Shown here: one piece after another, positions 1 to 12,542 of the stretch
Layout of the letters: every line of letters begins with the position of its first letter
Numbering within the stretch: the first letter of the stretch is position 1
Assembly (NCBI GenBank): GCA_965279515.1
Contig: CBDIID010000003.1
Location: forward strand, 608,001-672,000
Length of the DNA stretch: 64,000 nucleotides
Source of the DNA: Turneriella sp.
Lineage (GTDB): Bacteria; Spirochaetota; Leptospiria; Turneriellales; Turneriellaceae
Direction: 5' to 3'
Position numbers and translations under genes: made by a program
Notes under the pieces: model-generated
The model's database searches: none
What the model saw: only the letters and a program-made list of their open reading frames with translations
Told to the model about the DNA's origin: nothing

Positions 1-192
1 AAGCTGCTTTTTAACCGCGCCTGCTACCCATACCGCATCGATTTCTCGAGCGACCCCGAACGCACGATCAAGACTGCCTTCGAGCTTCTACGAAAGAAGA
101 AACTCTTGCCACCCGGCACACGTATCGTTATTGTCTCCGACATTATCGCGGGTACCGACCGCGTCGAATCAATTCAGGTAAGGAACCTTTGA
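1..192 (+). CDS. pyk: Pyruvate kinase, C-terminal end (partial at window edge)
   Basis: Frame 1 reads KLLFNRACYPYRIDFSSDPERTIKTAFELL...GTRIVIVSDIIAGTDRVESIQVRNL*, resembling the PK C-terminal alpha/beta domain; stop overlaps next start. Confidence 0.7.
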   Translation, partial: KLLFNRACYPYRIDFSSDPERTIKTAFELLRKKKLLPPGTRIVIVSDIIAGTDRVESIQVRNL

Positions 193-755
193 AAATATAC
201 ACTAAAACCGGCGACAGGGGCGAGACCTCGCTCTTTGGCGGCGCGCGCGTCAGCAAAGATCACCCGCGCGTTGCGGCTTATGGCGAGGTAGACGAGCTCA
301 ACAGCTTTGTGGGTTCGCTCGTCTCGCTGTTGCACAAGGGGGATTTATCCCTCAACAAAAAGGTTTCGACCGGAATTCAGGAGTTTCTGCAGACCATGCA
401 GCACCGTCTATTCGACCTGGGCGCGGAACTCGCGGCCACCGACCCGAAATTCGTGGAAAAACTGCCGCGCCGCATCACCGAGCAGGATGTTGCGATTCTC
501 GAAGGTTCGATCGATACCATGACGATGGTCTTAAAACCGCTGAAGAATTTTATCCTGCCGGGCGGCTCATCGCCCGCTTCTGCAGCGCATATCTGCCGCT
601 CGGTGTCGCGGCGGGCCGAACGCGCCATGGTGGCGGCAGGCGATACGCCCGAGCTCCTGATTACCTATATCAACCGGGTTTCGGATTATTTTTTCGTACT
701 GGCACGCTACTTCAATCATATCACCACCACCGCCGAAACCGAGTGGGAAAAATAG
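189..755 (+). CDS. PduO-type ATP:cob(I)alamin adenosyltransferase
   Basis: KIYTKTGDRGET, YGEVDELNS, FILPGG, RRAER and YINRVSDYFF motifs. Confidence 0.93.
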   Translation: MKIYTKTGDRGETSLFGGARVSKDHPRVAAYGEVDELNSFVGSLVSLLHKGDLSLNKKVSTGIQEFLQTMQHRLFDLGAELAATDPKFVEKLPRRITEQDVAILEGSIDTMTMVLKPLKNFILPGGSSPASAAHICRSVSRRAERAMVAAGDTPELLITYINRVSDYFFVLARYFNHITTTAETEWEK

Positions 756-3068
<2,313 letters not shown>

Positions 3069-4331
3069 TTGGTTCAGAGCGAGCAGAAACCCGCCGCTAA
3101 CAGCGCGGCGCCGCAATCCTTCGGGGCGCTGCGCCACCCCGGCTTTCGCGTGTTCTTCGTTGGCGGCGTTCTCGCGATGCTCGCCGACAATGTCGAGCAT
3201 GTCATTACCTATTGGGTGGTTTTCCAGCAGTTTCAATCGCCGGCCTTAGGCGGCTTTGCAGTCATCGCGCACTGGCTGCCTTTTCTGTTATTCTCGGTTC
3301 CCGTCGGTGCGCTGGGCGAACGTGTCGACCCCCGCAGGCTGATACAGTGCGGCATGCTGCTGTTCATGTCGGTGTCGGTCATCTGGGGTGTTTTGATTCT
3401 GACGGGTTCATTGCAACTCTGGCATGCGGGTGCTCTCCTGGTGATGCATGGCTTTGCCGGAGTTCTCTGGAGCCCACCCACACAGCTCTTGCTGCACGAT
3501 ATCGTCGGCCGCGAAAAATTACAGAGCGCGGTACGCCTTAATGCCACAGGCCGTTACCTGGGAACATTCCTGGGGCCCGCGCTGGGCAGTGGTTTTTTGC
3601 TGTGGCTCGGCCCGGCCTACGGCCTGTTCGCCAACGCACTCATCTACCTGCCGCTGACACTCTGGTTGTGGAAAGCCCCGTACGGGCCGCGCTTCCGTAA
3701 GCAGGCAGCAGCGCCGAGCGTCGCGATGCGGAACATCCGCGATATCTTCGCTGCCATCTCGAGTATCGGCCATTACCCGGTGATCGCGACCATGACGCTG
3801 CTTGCGGGTGGTGCGGCCTTTTTGATCGGCAACTCATACCAGGCGCAGATGCCGGGCTTTGCCCATGATTTAGGCCATGGCGACCCGGGGATTGCCTACA
3901 GCATGCTCTTGGCCGCCGACGCCGCGGGGGCGCTCTCTGCCGGCATCGCCCTCGAAACATTTGGTTTGCTGAGGCCCCAGGCGCGTACCGCGTTGATTTT
4001 AGCCTTACTCTGGTGCTTAGCGCTGGGTAGTTTCGCGCTCGTGCCGAGCTACCATCTCGCCCTCGTGCTGCTTTTTGCGGCAGGCTTTCTCGAACTATCG
4101 TTTAATTCGATGACGCAGACTTTGGTGCAGCTGCATGCGCCGGCTGATATGCGCGGGCGCATGATCGGTGTGTTCTCGATGGCGGCCTCGGGCATGCGCA
4201 TGTTCAGCGGCCTGTCGGTCGGCCTCATGGGGCACTGGCTCGGCATCCACTGGTCGCTCGCCATCAGCGCGGGGCTCATTTCTGTTCTCGTCAGCACCCT
4301 CATCGCGCGCCAAAGCCGGTATGAAAAATAA
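3069..4331 (+). CDS. MFS transporter (MFS_3-like)
   Basis: About 12 hydrophobic segments; GALGERVDPRRL motif A; QTLVQLHAPADMRGR. Confidence 0.88.
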   Translation: MVQSEQKPAANSAAPQSFGALRHPGFRVFFVGGVLAMLADNVEHVITYWVVFQQFQSPALGGFAVIAHWLPFLLFSVPVGALGERVDPRRLIQCGMLLFMSVSVIWGVLILTGSLQLWHAGALLVMHGFAGVLWSPPTQLLLHDIVGREKLQSAVRLNATGRYLGTFLGPALGSGFLLWLGPAYGLFANALIYLPLTLWLWKAPYGPRFRKQAAAPSVAMRNIRDIFAAISSIGHYPVIATMTLLAGGAAFLIGNSYQAQMPGFAHDLGHGDPGIAYSMLLAADAAGALSAGIALETFGLLRPQARTALILALLWCLALGSFALVPSYHLALVLLFAAGFLELSFNSMTQTLVQLHAPADMRGRMIGVFSMAASGMRMFSGLSVGLMGHWLGIHWSLAISAGLISVLVSTLIARQSRYEK

Positions 4332-4899
4332 TCCCGGCCTGGAGTTCTGGTTCTTTTCCATAAGCCTTATCACCTTGCGCGCCGCCGACGTCGCCATCAC
4401 CTATATTGTCTCGCCCGATTTGCGCTGGGAAATCAACCCCCTGGTTTCAGTCGCTGGTTTAGGATGGCCAAGCCTGATCACGAGCAATATCGCCGGTGTC
4501 GCGATTATCCTGATTCTCTTTCACTACTCCCGGGGTCAGGGCGGGGATTTATTTCCGCGCGAACCCGGCTATTCCGTAAAGGAATTCGTTTCGCACTATC
4601 TGTTCGGCGAGCGGCATGCGTTTAGGAAGATCTATTACGTCGTACCGACAAACCGGCGGGCCATCATCGAATATGCCGGCTATGTTTCGATACGGGTATT
4701 AACGGTATGGAGTCTTATTGTTGTTGTTCACAATGCGCTGGTCTGGCATTCGGAGGATTTCCGGGAGATAATGTCAGGTCTGAAATTATGGCTTGGAGTA
4801 TATGCTCTGCTCGCTTTTTTGACAATCGTCTACTCGCTGCGTTTTTTTAAGGTTCTGCATCTTAAATATCGAATCCTGCACCGACCTGATCTCCCCTAA
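4321..4899 (+). CDS. Hypothetical membrane protein
   Basis: ATG at 4321 overlaps the MFS end; about 4 TM segments; EINPLV motif. Confidence 0.65.
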   Translation: MKNNPGLEFWFFSISLITLRAADVAITYIVSPDLRWEINPLVSVAGLGWPSLITSNIAGVAIILILFHYSRGQGGDLFPREPGYSVKEFVSHYLFGERHAFRKIYYVVPTNRRAIIEYAGYVSIRVLTVWSLIVVVHNALVWHSEDFREIMSGLKLWLGVYALLAFLTIVYSLRFFKVLHLKYRILHRPDLP

Positions 4900-4950
4900 G
4901 CCAGATATTTTGTTTACGGGACAGATGGTGCGGTCTGCATAACCGGCGTT

Positions 4951-5751
4951 ATGGCCCGCTTGAAGCATAATATCACAAACTACGTACTGGTGGTATTTTT
5001 AAGCTTTGCGGGTTTTTCGTGCGCGGCAACCTATGAATCCACCACAAGTAGCAACAATACGAAATTCACTTTTACGCTCGGCGCACCAGGATACCCCAAT
5101 AAGCGCGTTTCGGCATATATCTTCGCCAGTGGGGCCTTGATCGGCGTGGTACGCTCAAATACGATGACTGATTCCAAGGGCAATCTGACGGTAACGGCGC
5201 AGGCGGTGGACAGCAACAATTGCCCAACCGGGGGAACGATCAACCATAACGGTCAGGGGCTAAGCCTCCACTTCCGACTGGACGGCGAAGGTAACAACAG
5301 TATCATCAATCCGACAGCTTGTCTGAGTGACGCAGGCTTTCTGGATGCAGCGAACTTCGGTTATACTTATAACTATCCCACCAGTTACTGGCCCTTGAAT
5401 ATTTCTTATATGTCGATCACGAGCAAGGTAACGTATACGCTTTCGGGCACGGGCGTCGCAAGTCTAACGAGAAAGACCCGGTGCAGCGTCGTCGACGGTA
5501 CGATTGCCAACCCGGGGTATTTTACCAGTTCAAATATGGGGTATTTTGAGGGAGATATCACCTATAATGCAGGTGGAGCCCCCACGGGCGGTTCTCAGAT
5601 CTCTGCGTTCAAAATTCCCTATGGCACAACGGGTACGTATAAATACACGTGCTGGATCGATGCTAATAACAGCGGCACTTACAACACAGGCGACAAAATC
5701 GCAACCTCCACAGACCCAGCAACTATGTCGACATGGACGACGGTGCCATGA
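4951..5751 (+). CDS. Putative lipoprotein (paralog A)
   Basis: Signal peptide with GFSC lipobox; Thr/Gly/Ser-rich; paralogous to the next ORF. Confidence 0.7.
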   Translation: MARLKHNITNYVLVVFLSFAGFSCAATYESTTSSNNTKFTFTLGAPGYPNKRVSAYIFASGALIGVVRSNTMTDSKGNLTVTAQAVDSNNCPTGGTINHNGQGLSLHFRLDGEGNNSIINPTACLSDAGFLDAANFGYTYNYPTSYWPLNISYMSITSKVTYTLSGTGVASLTRKTRCSVVDGTIANPGYFTSSNMGYFEGDITYNAGGAPTGGSQISAFKIPYGTTGTYKYTCWIDANNSGTYNTGDKIATSTDPATMSTWTTVP

Positions 5752-6551
5752 TGAAATACCGCTGCCACATCCTGTTATATATCGCTCTCGGTCTTGCAGC
5801 GTGCGTGAATAACGGCACGGCATCTCTTACCACTTCGACATCGTATCCGATGTCGCTCCGGGTGGCGCTCCCCGCCTACCCCAACAAAAAATTTTCCGCC
5901 TACGTTTTTGCAGATAACGCCCTGGTTGGCGTTGTGCGTTCCACTGCCGTGCTCGATTCCGCAGGTTCGTTGACTGTGGATGTCATGGCTGTGGATGCCA
6001 ACAACTGCATCACTTCGAAACAAGCGCTCGCCCCGGCCAATCTCGTTTACCATATCCATTCGCGCGTCGACAGCAACGGTAATTCAACTTATATCAACCC
6101 CTCGGGTTGCCCCACTGATGCAGGCTTTCTGGCGAGCGCAGGGCAAGGTTATATGGAAATAAGACAGCCCACAAGCTATACCTCGTGGTTTAACTATATA
6201 GGCTATGTGTACACGACCTCAGCAGCTTCATTCAGCTTTACCAACACCGGGCTGGGCAATGCAGCCGGTGTCAGAGCACAATGTAATATTGTCGATGGGC
6301 AGATTTTAAATCCAACAGTACTGGTTACCTCGACCTTGGGAGGCAATCAGGCAACGATGACTTTTTCGGGTGGCACCAGCACCACCAGCCTTTCAACCAC
6401 TCCATTTACTTTCGCCAGCGGCTCAGGAATGGCTCTGAAATACGCCTGCTGGATCGACGCCAACGGTAGCAACAGTTACAATTCGGGTGATTTAATCGCC
6501 AGCGGTCCGGGAACTGTGGCTACCATCTCCAGCTGGACTACCGTCCCTTAA
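5748..6551 (+). CDS. Putative lipoprotein (paralog B)
   Basis: LAAC lipobox; shares YPNK..SAY.FA, DAGFL, KY.CWIDAN and terminal WTTVP with 4951..5751. Confidence 0.7.
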   Translation: MMKYRCHILLYIALGLAACVNNGTASLTTSTSYPMSLRVALPAYPNKKFSAYVFADNALVGVVRSTAVLDSAGSLTVDVMAVDANNCITSKQALAPANLVYHIHSRVDSNGNSTYINPSGCPTDAGFLASAGQGYMEIRQPTSYTSWFNYIGYVYTTSAASFSFTNTGLGNAAGVRAQCNIVDGQILNPTVLVTSTLGGNQATMTFSGGTSTTSLSTTPFTFASGSGMALKYACWIDANGSNSYNSGDLIASGPGTVATISSWTTVP

Positions 6552-6564
6552 CCGCGGACCAGAT

Positions 6565-7401
6565 ATGAAAAAACAGACCAGCTTATTTCTATCGGCGATC
6601 CTCCTTCCGGGATTTATCCTTGCACAGGCAACCCAAAAACCGACGAAAATTGATTTTTCATCGGGTGATGCGGCCACGGAAACAGCAAACACCGCGGAGA
6701 AATCCACGGCGGGCGACGATAAGCTCGATCCTGAAACGCAGCGCCTGATCCAAGAAGCGCGCGAAAAAATCATCAGGGAACGCGCAGAAAAACTCGCCGC
6801 GGAAAAGAAGGCAGCCGAAGACGAAGCCCGGCGCAAAGGAGAAGAAGAAAAATTAAAATCCAGGCGCCCCAGTGATGCCCGGGTTTATGTAGGAGCAGTG
6901 GGGTCTCTGGGGGTGTCGCTGAATTCTTTTAATGGTACAGGTTATGCATTCGGCGGCACCCTGGATGCTATTTTTGCAGAACGTTTCGGATTGCACTTTG
7001 GCTTCTCGACCGGCTCTTTCAAGACCAAGGGCTCTACGCTAAAGGCTGGTAATTCGACCCTCACTATTAGCGGTGGTGAATCTATCGGCTATCTCGAATT
7101 TGATTTCGCGGCAGCATACATCTTTCCTAAATTTTTAAACATAGAGACATCTCTGGGTGGCGGCGTCATGTTTCACCAACTGGGCGCAAAAGCATTTGGT
7201 TTTGGCAACCAGGCAGCCCCGATGATTCTTGCATCGGCATTTTTCCCGATTGTTCCTTATATCGAGACAGGTATTCTCACCAATATTGCTTTTCCGCGGG
7301 CCTCAAGCGTTACTTCCGCAAGCGGAAGTTACGCTTTGGATAACTCACAGAGCCTGACCAACCTGAGCATCTTCGTCTCTGTCAGGCTGCTCGTGCATTA
7401 A
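6565..7401 (+). CDS. Exported protein with coiled coil and probable outer-membrane beta-barrel C-terminus
   Basis: Signal peptide, EK-rich helix, alternating amphipathic beta strands. Confidence 0.6.
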   Translation: MKKQTSLFLSAILLPGFILAQATQKPTKIDFSSGDAATETANTAEKSTAGDDKLDPETQRLIQEAREKIIRERAEKLAAEKKAAEDEARRKGEEEKLKSRRPSDARVYVGAVGSLGVSLNSFNGTGYAFGGTLDAIFAERFGLHFGFSTGSFKTKGSTLKAGNSTLTISGGESIGYLEFDFAAAYIFPKFLNIETSLGGGVMFHQLGAKAFGFGNQAAPMILASAFFPIVPYIETGILTNIAFPRASSVTSASGSYALDNSQSLTNLSIFVSVRLLVH

Positions 7402-7425
7402 CGAACAGCGCCGCCGGGTACTGAA

Positions 7426-8070
7426 TTATTCTGTTTTCTTTTTGTAGTTCGTGCCGAAGACGTAGTCCCAAAGCGGCGAGGTAAAACCGAAGTTCGAATC
7501 ATGGTCTTTGTGATGATGCACCATGTGTTTTTTCTTTAAAATCTTGAAAATACGGTTCTTGAACACAAAGAAGTGCGTGGCAAAATGCAGAAAGTCATAG
7601 ATAATGTAGCTCGTTACAAATCCCACAAAAAACGGAAGGCCGTTGAGGCCCAGGGCCCCTTTCGAAGCAAAATAGACGCCGATCGCCAAGGGCACGCTCA
7701 CTGCAGGGGGCATGACCAGACGGGTCGCATCGTTCATCGCATCGTGGTGGATGCCATGCGAATAGAAGTACAATTTCTTGAAGAAGTTGTTTATCATCGG
7801 CGGATGGAACACGAAGCGGTGCAATGAATATTCAATCAGCGTCCAGAAGCCCACGCCAAACAGGGCATAGAGCGCAAAATGCAGCGGCGAGATGTGGTAG
7901 AAATAAAACGAGGCAAAAGCGCAGAACAAGATGACCGGGATGAAGATGGCAAAGGGCACAATCGGGTGCACATAGGAGAAACTCTCCAGAAAATCGCTCT
8001 TAAACATGCGGATACGGTATTGCGGGCTGCGCGCCACCGCCTCTTTAATCGTTAAACTTTCTTTTGCCAT
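7426..8070 (-). CDS. Fatty acid hydroxylase / sterol desaturase family
   Basis: His boxes YSLHRFVFH, HGIHH, FLHFATH and HMVHH; NFGFTSPLWD; start at MAKES. Confidence 0.9.
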   Translation of the reverse strand: MAKESLTIKEAVARSPQYRIRMFKSDFLESFSYVHPIVPFAIFIPVILFCAFASFYFYHISPLHFALYALFGVGFWTLIEYSLHRFVFHPPMINNFFKKLYFYSHGIHHDAMNDATRLVMPPAVSVPLAIGVYFASKGALGLNGLPFFVGFVTSYIIYDFLHFATHFFVFKNRIFKILKKKHMVHHHKDHDSNFGFTSPLWDYVFGTNYKKKTE

Positions 8071-8226
8071 GGGTTTCCTGTAAAGTGGCGAATTAGCCGC
8101 CCCTGTCAAGCCTTCTCTTTGAGACACCGCGTAAAGCGGTGTACCACCCCCGGCACGGTAGGGTAAACAAAAGTACCCGTTAATGATTGACGCGCATGCG
8201 GAATATCCCCTTGTATTAAACCGAAG

Positions 8227-8799
8227 ATGCCGAAAAAAAGTCCATCCGCCACCCCTAATTTTCTCATGCAGAAAATCTTTGACCTGATAGCGCCGTTCAT
8301 TCTCGCCGATCACCGGGTCAGTCCGGGCGAGCTCAATATTCTCGCCGAACAGTATGTACCCCTGGTTTCTGAGCGGCTGAATCCGCTGATGCAAAATATC
8401 ATCAAACAGAGCGATAGGCTGCTCGTGAAGGCATCAAAATCGCGCAAGCCACTGGTCAAGAACCTCGCCGCCCTGAAAAAGGCTGCCGCGCTGCATAACC
8501 GCGAAATTGCCAACACACAGGAGCAACTGCGGCAGATTGTCATTACGCAATTCGAACAGCTGTCGGCGGCCAAACCGGCTGCGGCGATGACGAATTTCAG
8601 CGACGCTGTTAAATTCTTCCGCGAGCTGAACGACAGCACTATCAATTCGCACCTGCTGAAGGCGATTATCCGCATTCTCAATGAAAGCACCAGGTTTGAA
8701 CCCGCGACGCTCAAGCTATTGGCCCTGATCGGCGCCATGTGGGATGTCGAACCGGCGAAGCTGGCAAAGGAAGTCAAACCAGTCGGGAAGTTCAAATAA
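8227..8799 (+). CDS. Hypothetical helical protein
   Basis: 190-aa ORF with genome-like codon usage, upstream of the STAS gene. Confidence 0.6.
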   Translation: MPKKSPSATPNFLMQKIFDLIAPFILADHRVSPGELNILAEQYVPLVSERLNPLMQNIIKQSDRLLVKASKSRKPLVKNLAALKKAAALHNREIANTQEQLRQIVITQFEQLSAAKPAAAMTNFSDAVKFFRELNDSTINSHLLKAIIRILNESTRFEPATLKLLALIGAMWDVEPAKLAKEVKPVGKFK

Positions 8800-8835
8800 G
8801 CCGGCGAGAGACCTGCGGTAGCAGGCCATAGGCGT

Positions 8836-9177
8836 ATGGAGATTACACAACGCACTGCCGGCGATGTTACGGTAATCACCCTCGCCGGTGAGATCGATCT
8901 CTATAATGCGGCCAGCCTCAAATCGGCCGTCGCCGCGCTGACGGCTGAGCAAAAATACCGCATCGTTCTTAATATGAAACGTGTCTCTTACATGGATTCA
9001 ACGGCGATCGGGGTTTTGGTCAGCGCGCTGCTTCTGATAAAGAAAAATAACGGCGATCTGAAACTGGCGCAGACAGAGCCGAGCATTCAAAAGGTGCTGC
9101 GGCTGACCCATCTGGACGACTTCATTGAACTCTGGGATTCCGAAGAAGAGGCTATAGCTTCGTTCCAGAAAAGCTAA
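8836..9177 (+). CDS. STAS-domain anti-sigma factor antagonist
   Basis: GEIDLYNA and YMDSTAIGVL (phosphorylatable Ser). Confidence 0.92.
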   Translation: MEITQRTAGDVTVITLAGEIDLYNAASLKSAVAALTAEQKYRIVLNMKRVSYMDSTAIGVLVSALLLIKKNNGDLKLAQTEPSIQKVLRLTHLDDFIELWDSEEEAIASFQKS

Positions 9178-9212
9178 ACGTTCTTCTTCATAAGACTTGA
9201 CGTGGGGGCATC

Positions 9213-9812
9213 ATGCCTGCGCAACGGGCCATGGACCTCAAGTACGGTAACAAAAATATTCTCGCGGGCGGCATCGCACTATTGCTTGCCCTGCCAATGA
9301 CCTTCTTCATCGAACGCGCCGGCGCCAACCATGGCTTCCATGACAAGGCGGCGCAGGCCGTGATCGACACCAAAAATACAGTGCAGCTCGAAGACGATCT
9401 TGTCACCGAAGCCAAACGCGGCCCGGCATACCGCGTCGGCGGCCTCTATTACAAGAACTATTATCCAGATTCTTACGTGCGCGTCTTCAACTTCTACCGC
9501 GAAGCGGGTCAGAACACTCGCCTTTTTCTCATCGTATTCGGTTTCCTGAATATTCTCATCGGTATTGCCGTGGGCCTCAAGTCCGGCGCCGGCAAATCGC
9601 TGCGCAAGACAACATCGATTCTCGCGCTTGTGGGATTTCTCTTTGTGCTGCGTGATTTTGTGTTTTTCTGGGGCCGTTACGGGGACGCCGACTTTTCGCC
9701 GATGGGCAGTGCACCCCTGCTCTACCCCATCATGATTATTGGCGCGCTGGCGATGTTTCTCGCGATACTCTTCTCGCTGATCATTTTCCGGCGCGGAATT
9801 CAGAACTCGTAA
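9213..9812 (+). CDS. Hypothetical membrane protein
   Basis: 4 hydrophobic segments. Confidence 0.6.
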   Translation: MPAQRAMDLKYGNKNILAGGIALLLALPMTFFIERAGANHGFHDKAAQAVIDTKNTVQLEDDLVTEAKRGPAYRVGGLYYKNYYPDSYVRVFNFYREAGQNTRLFLIVFGFLNILIGIAVGLKSGAGKSLRKTTSILALVGFLFVLRDFVFFWGRYGDADFSPMGSAPLLYPIMIIGALAMFLAILFSLIIFRRGIQNS

Positions 9813-9815
9813 TTT

Positions 9816-10511
9816 TCAGGCATAGGGCCGCGCCGCGGCAACCTGGATAATGTCACGCGTTGCCGGGTTGATCGCGGTGAGCGATCCGCCATAGACGCAA
9901 CCCGTATCGATGCCTGTTGATTTTTGCCCTTTAATTATTTCATGCTGGCGTTCGAGGCCATAGAGGTAGCGCGCCGGCGTGTGGCCGAAGATAACATGTT
10001 TGCCCGGCCACGACGCTTCATTGGATATCCACTTCATTCGGATATACATCAGGTCGCGCGGTGACTGCTGATCGAGGCGCGCTATTTCGGTATTCACGCC
10101 CGCATGCACCGCGATAAAATCTGAACCTTCGTGGTAGAGCGGCAATGCTTCGATAAATGCGCGGTGGCTTGCTGGCAGATCGCCGTATATGCAATCAGGC
10201 TCTAAACCATACGATTGCAAAGTCTGCGGCCCGCCGTTGACCCGGTGCAGCCAGAGCGCCGTATCGGGATTATCCTGATCATGGAAATAGTCGAGCAGCA
10301 TCTGCTCGTGGTTGCCGCGCAAAAACACACTGCGCTGTTTTTCCAGCATCAGCCGCTCGATGCAGCCTTTGCTGTCGGGCCCGCGGTCGATATAGTCGCC
10401 GAGAAAGATCAGCTGATCGTCCTGCGGAATCTTTTTCAGCAGCGCTTCGAGCTCGCTGAGACAGCCATGGATGTCGCCGATCAGCCAGATATTTTGCGGA
10501 GTGTCAGGCAT
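9816..10511 (-). CDS. Calcineurin-like Ser/Thr protein phosphatase (PPP metallophosphoesterase)
   Basis: GDIHG, GDYIDRG, RGNHE, HAG, GHTP and DTGCVYGG motifs. Confidence 0.93.
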   Translation of the reverse strand: MPDTPQNIWLIGDIHGCLSELEALLKKIPQDDQLIFLGDYIDRGPDSKGCIERLMLEKQRSVFLRGNHEQMLLDYFHDQDNPDTALWLHRVNGGPQTLQSYGLEPDCIYGDLPASHRAFIEALPLYHEGSDFIAVHAGVNTEIARLDQQSPRDLMYIRMKWISNEASWPGKHVIFGHTPARYLYGLERQHEIIKGQKSTGIDTGCVYGGSLTAINPATRDIIQVAAARPYA

Positions 10512-10606
10512 GGCCGTGAGATAGCCTTAGCAACGGCAAATAGCATGGCAACCTCTTAGGGCATACAGGCCGAACCCAATAATTTTTTAGGCCAGCGGGG
10601 AAATTT

Positions 10607-11059
10607 ATGGAAGAAACAACACAAGACGAACTCTACCTGACGGTCTTTCTGTCGGGGGCGCACAGCCCTTGGGGCAAGGAAATCGACGAATTCATCGAAA
10701 CCAAGCTCGGGCATGAAATCATCTCGCTCAAGGCAGCTGAGCAAAACGCCCCCGTGAATATTGAGGCGCTGGAACAGGACACGGAAGATTGTTCGTTTGC
10801 CATTATCCTGCTCACCGACGCCAGTCCGGCGGCTCGGGAGAGATTGATCCACGAAATCGGCTATTGCCAGGGCACGTTCGGCTACCACAACGTGCTGGTT
10901 TTAAGGCATGAAAGCGTCCCCGAATTTACCAACCTGGCAGGCATTCTGTACGAGGTGTTTTCCGGCGATAACATCAAGGCGGCATTTCCGCGCATCCGCG
11001 CCGAAATCGACGCAGCGATAGAGAGATTTTCGAGCGAAGAAGAAGAGGATGAGGATTAA
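10607..11059 (+). CDS. Stand-alone TIR-like domain protein (CAP12/Pycsar-type TIR family)
   Basis: VFLS...FAIILLT...ARERLIHEIGYCQG..G...VLVL...LAGILY pattern. Confidence 0.7.
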   Translation: MEETTQDELYLTVFLSGAHSPWGKEIDEFIETKLGHEIISLKAAEQNAPVNIEALEQDTEDCSFAIILLTDASPAARERLIHEIGYCQGTFGYHNVLVLRHESVPEFTNLAGILYEVFSGDNIKAAFPRIRAEIDAAIERFSSEEEEDED

Positions 11060-11079
11060 AGCGTGGGTTATAGTATTGG

Positions 11080-12525
11080 CTAAAACACGCCCGCATCGAC
11101 GTCTTTGATAAAGCGGATCACGCCGCCCATAAAGACCTCCTGGTCATCCCACATCGACAGGTGACTGCCATTGGGGCAGAACAGAAAACGCCCCCTTTTC
11201 ACCAAGCGGCTCTGTTTTTCCATAGCCTGTGGATCCATGGTATCGTATTTTGCACCGATCATCAGTGTCGGCACGGTGATCTCTTTCAGGCGGTGCATGA
11301 TATCCCACTCCGCTAAACGGCCGCCGATGCCGAATTCGCTCGGGCCCTGCATCAACGTGTAGATCCCGCTATTGACATGATCCATGGAGCGCTTCAGGCC
11401 ATCGGGCCAGTCTTTCAGCCGGCAGATGTGCTTGTGGTAAAAATGCGGCAAGAGCAGCTCCATGTAGCGCGGATTCTCAAAATCCTTTTTGGCTTCGATC
11501 GCCCTGATCTCGGCGAGCACCGCGGGATTCATCTGCTTCGCCAGCACCTCATTCGCATACCTGCCATACGCCGGCGCACTCGCCATCATATTCGAGATTA
11601 AGAGCCCCTTCAGATTCTTCTGGTATTTGAGTGCATACTCCATCGCCAGAATGCCGCCCCAGGAATTACCGAGCAGGTAAAAATTTTTGCCGTCGGCGCC
11701 GATCGCCTGGCGCACCTGTTCGACCTCTTCGACAAAACGACTGACCTGCCAAAGGCTGTTATCTTTGGGCTGGTCGCTGAAGTGCGAACCCAGCTGGTCA
11801 TATTGATAGAATTCAAAGCCCTCTTTCGCAAAGAACTTTTCGAAACATTCCATATATTCATGCGTCAGCGCCGGCCCGCCATGCAGTAACAGGATTTTGA
11901 TTTTCGGATTATTGCCGAAACGTTTAGTCCAGACCTGGAATTTCCCTGCGGGCGTTTGGATGGGAATCATCTTTACGCCTTCGGCAGCGGCGCTTGTATT
12001 TTCGCCGAAAATCGCATGTGCAAAGGCCGGCGACTCAAAGTCGACATCCCCGACCTTGCTGAAGGTGATCTCGCCCTGCTCATTCAGAACATAGGTTGTC
12101 GGTATCGCGTGGATGCCATAGGTCTCGAAAGATTCTGCGAGAGTATAAAAGGCAAACGGATATTGATGGCGTTGGCGGTAGCTAAGCATCGTGCCCATAC
12201 CTTCGTCCGTGACAAGCGCTACATCGACCTGCCTGAGCTTACCCTGCCATGCTGCGTGTAGTTTAGGCAGTTCGCGCGCGCAATCATGGCACCAGCTCGC
12301 ATAGAAGACGATCACGAGCGGGCGGCCAGGCCGCGGTTTCAGGGTGACTTTTGCGCCGAGAGCATCGGTGACGTTGAGGTTTGACAAGGTCAGAGGCGGA
12401 GCCACACGGTACTTGCTGTACGTGTAGACGATCAGCAGCAAACCAACCAGCACCGCGACGGCGATGGCCCAGGTTTTAGGTTTGTTCAGCACAAATCCGC
12501 CTGAAGGCCTCGCCGGCAACGTCAA
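11080..12525 (-). CDS. TlpA-like thioredoxin fused to proline iminopeptidase (alpha/beta hydrolase)
   Basis: N-terminal TM, FYASWCHDC, IPTTYV; then LLHGGP, YDQLG, GNSWGG and GSHL. Confidence 0.85.
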   Translation of the reverse strand: MTLPARPSGGFVLNKPKTWAIAVAVLVGLLLIVYTYSKYRVAPPLTLSNLNVTDALGAKVTLKPRPGRPLVIVFYASWCHDCARELPKLHAAWQGKLRQVDVALVTDEGMGTMLSYRQRHQYPFAFYTLAESFETYGIHAIPTTYVLNEQGEITFSKVGDVDFESPAFAHAIFGENTSAAAEGVKMIPIQTPAGKFQVWTKRFGNNPKIKILLLHGGPALTHEYMECFEKFFAKEGFEFYQYDQLGSHFSDQPKDNSLWQVSRFVEEVEQVRQAIGADGKNFYLLGNSWGGILAMEYALKYQKNLKGLLISNMMASAPAYGRYANEVLAKQMNPAVLAEIRAIEAKKDFENPRYMELLLPHFYHKHICRLKDWPDGLKRSMDHVNSGIYTLMQGPSEFGIGGRLAEWDIMHRLKEITVPTLMIGAKYDTMDPQAMEKQSRLVKRGRFLFCPNGSHLSMWDDQEVFMGGVIRFIKDVDAGVF

Positions 12526-12542
12526 ATAGAATCGTAAATCCT

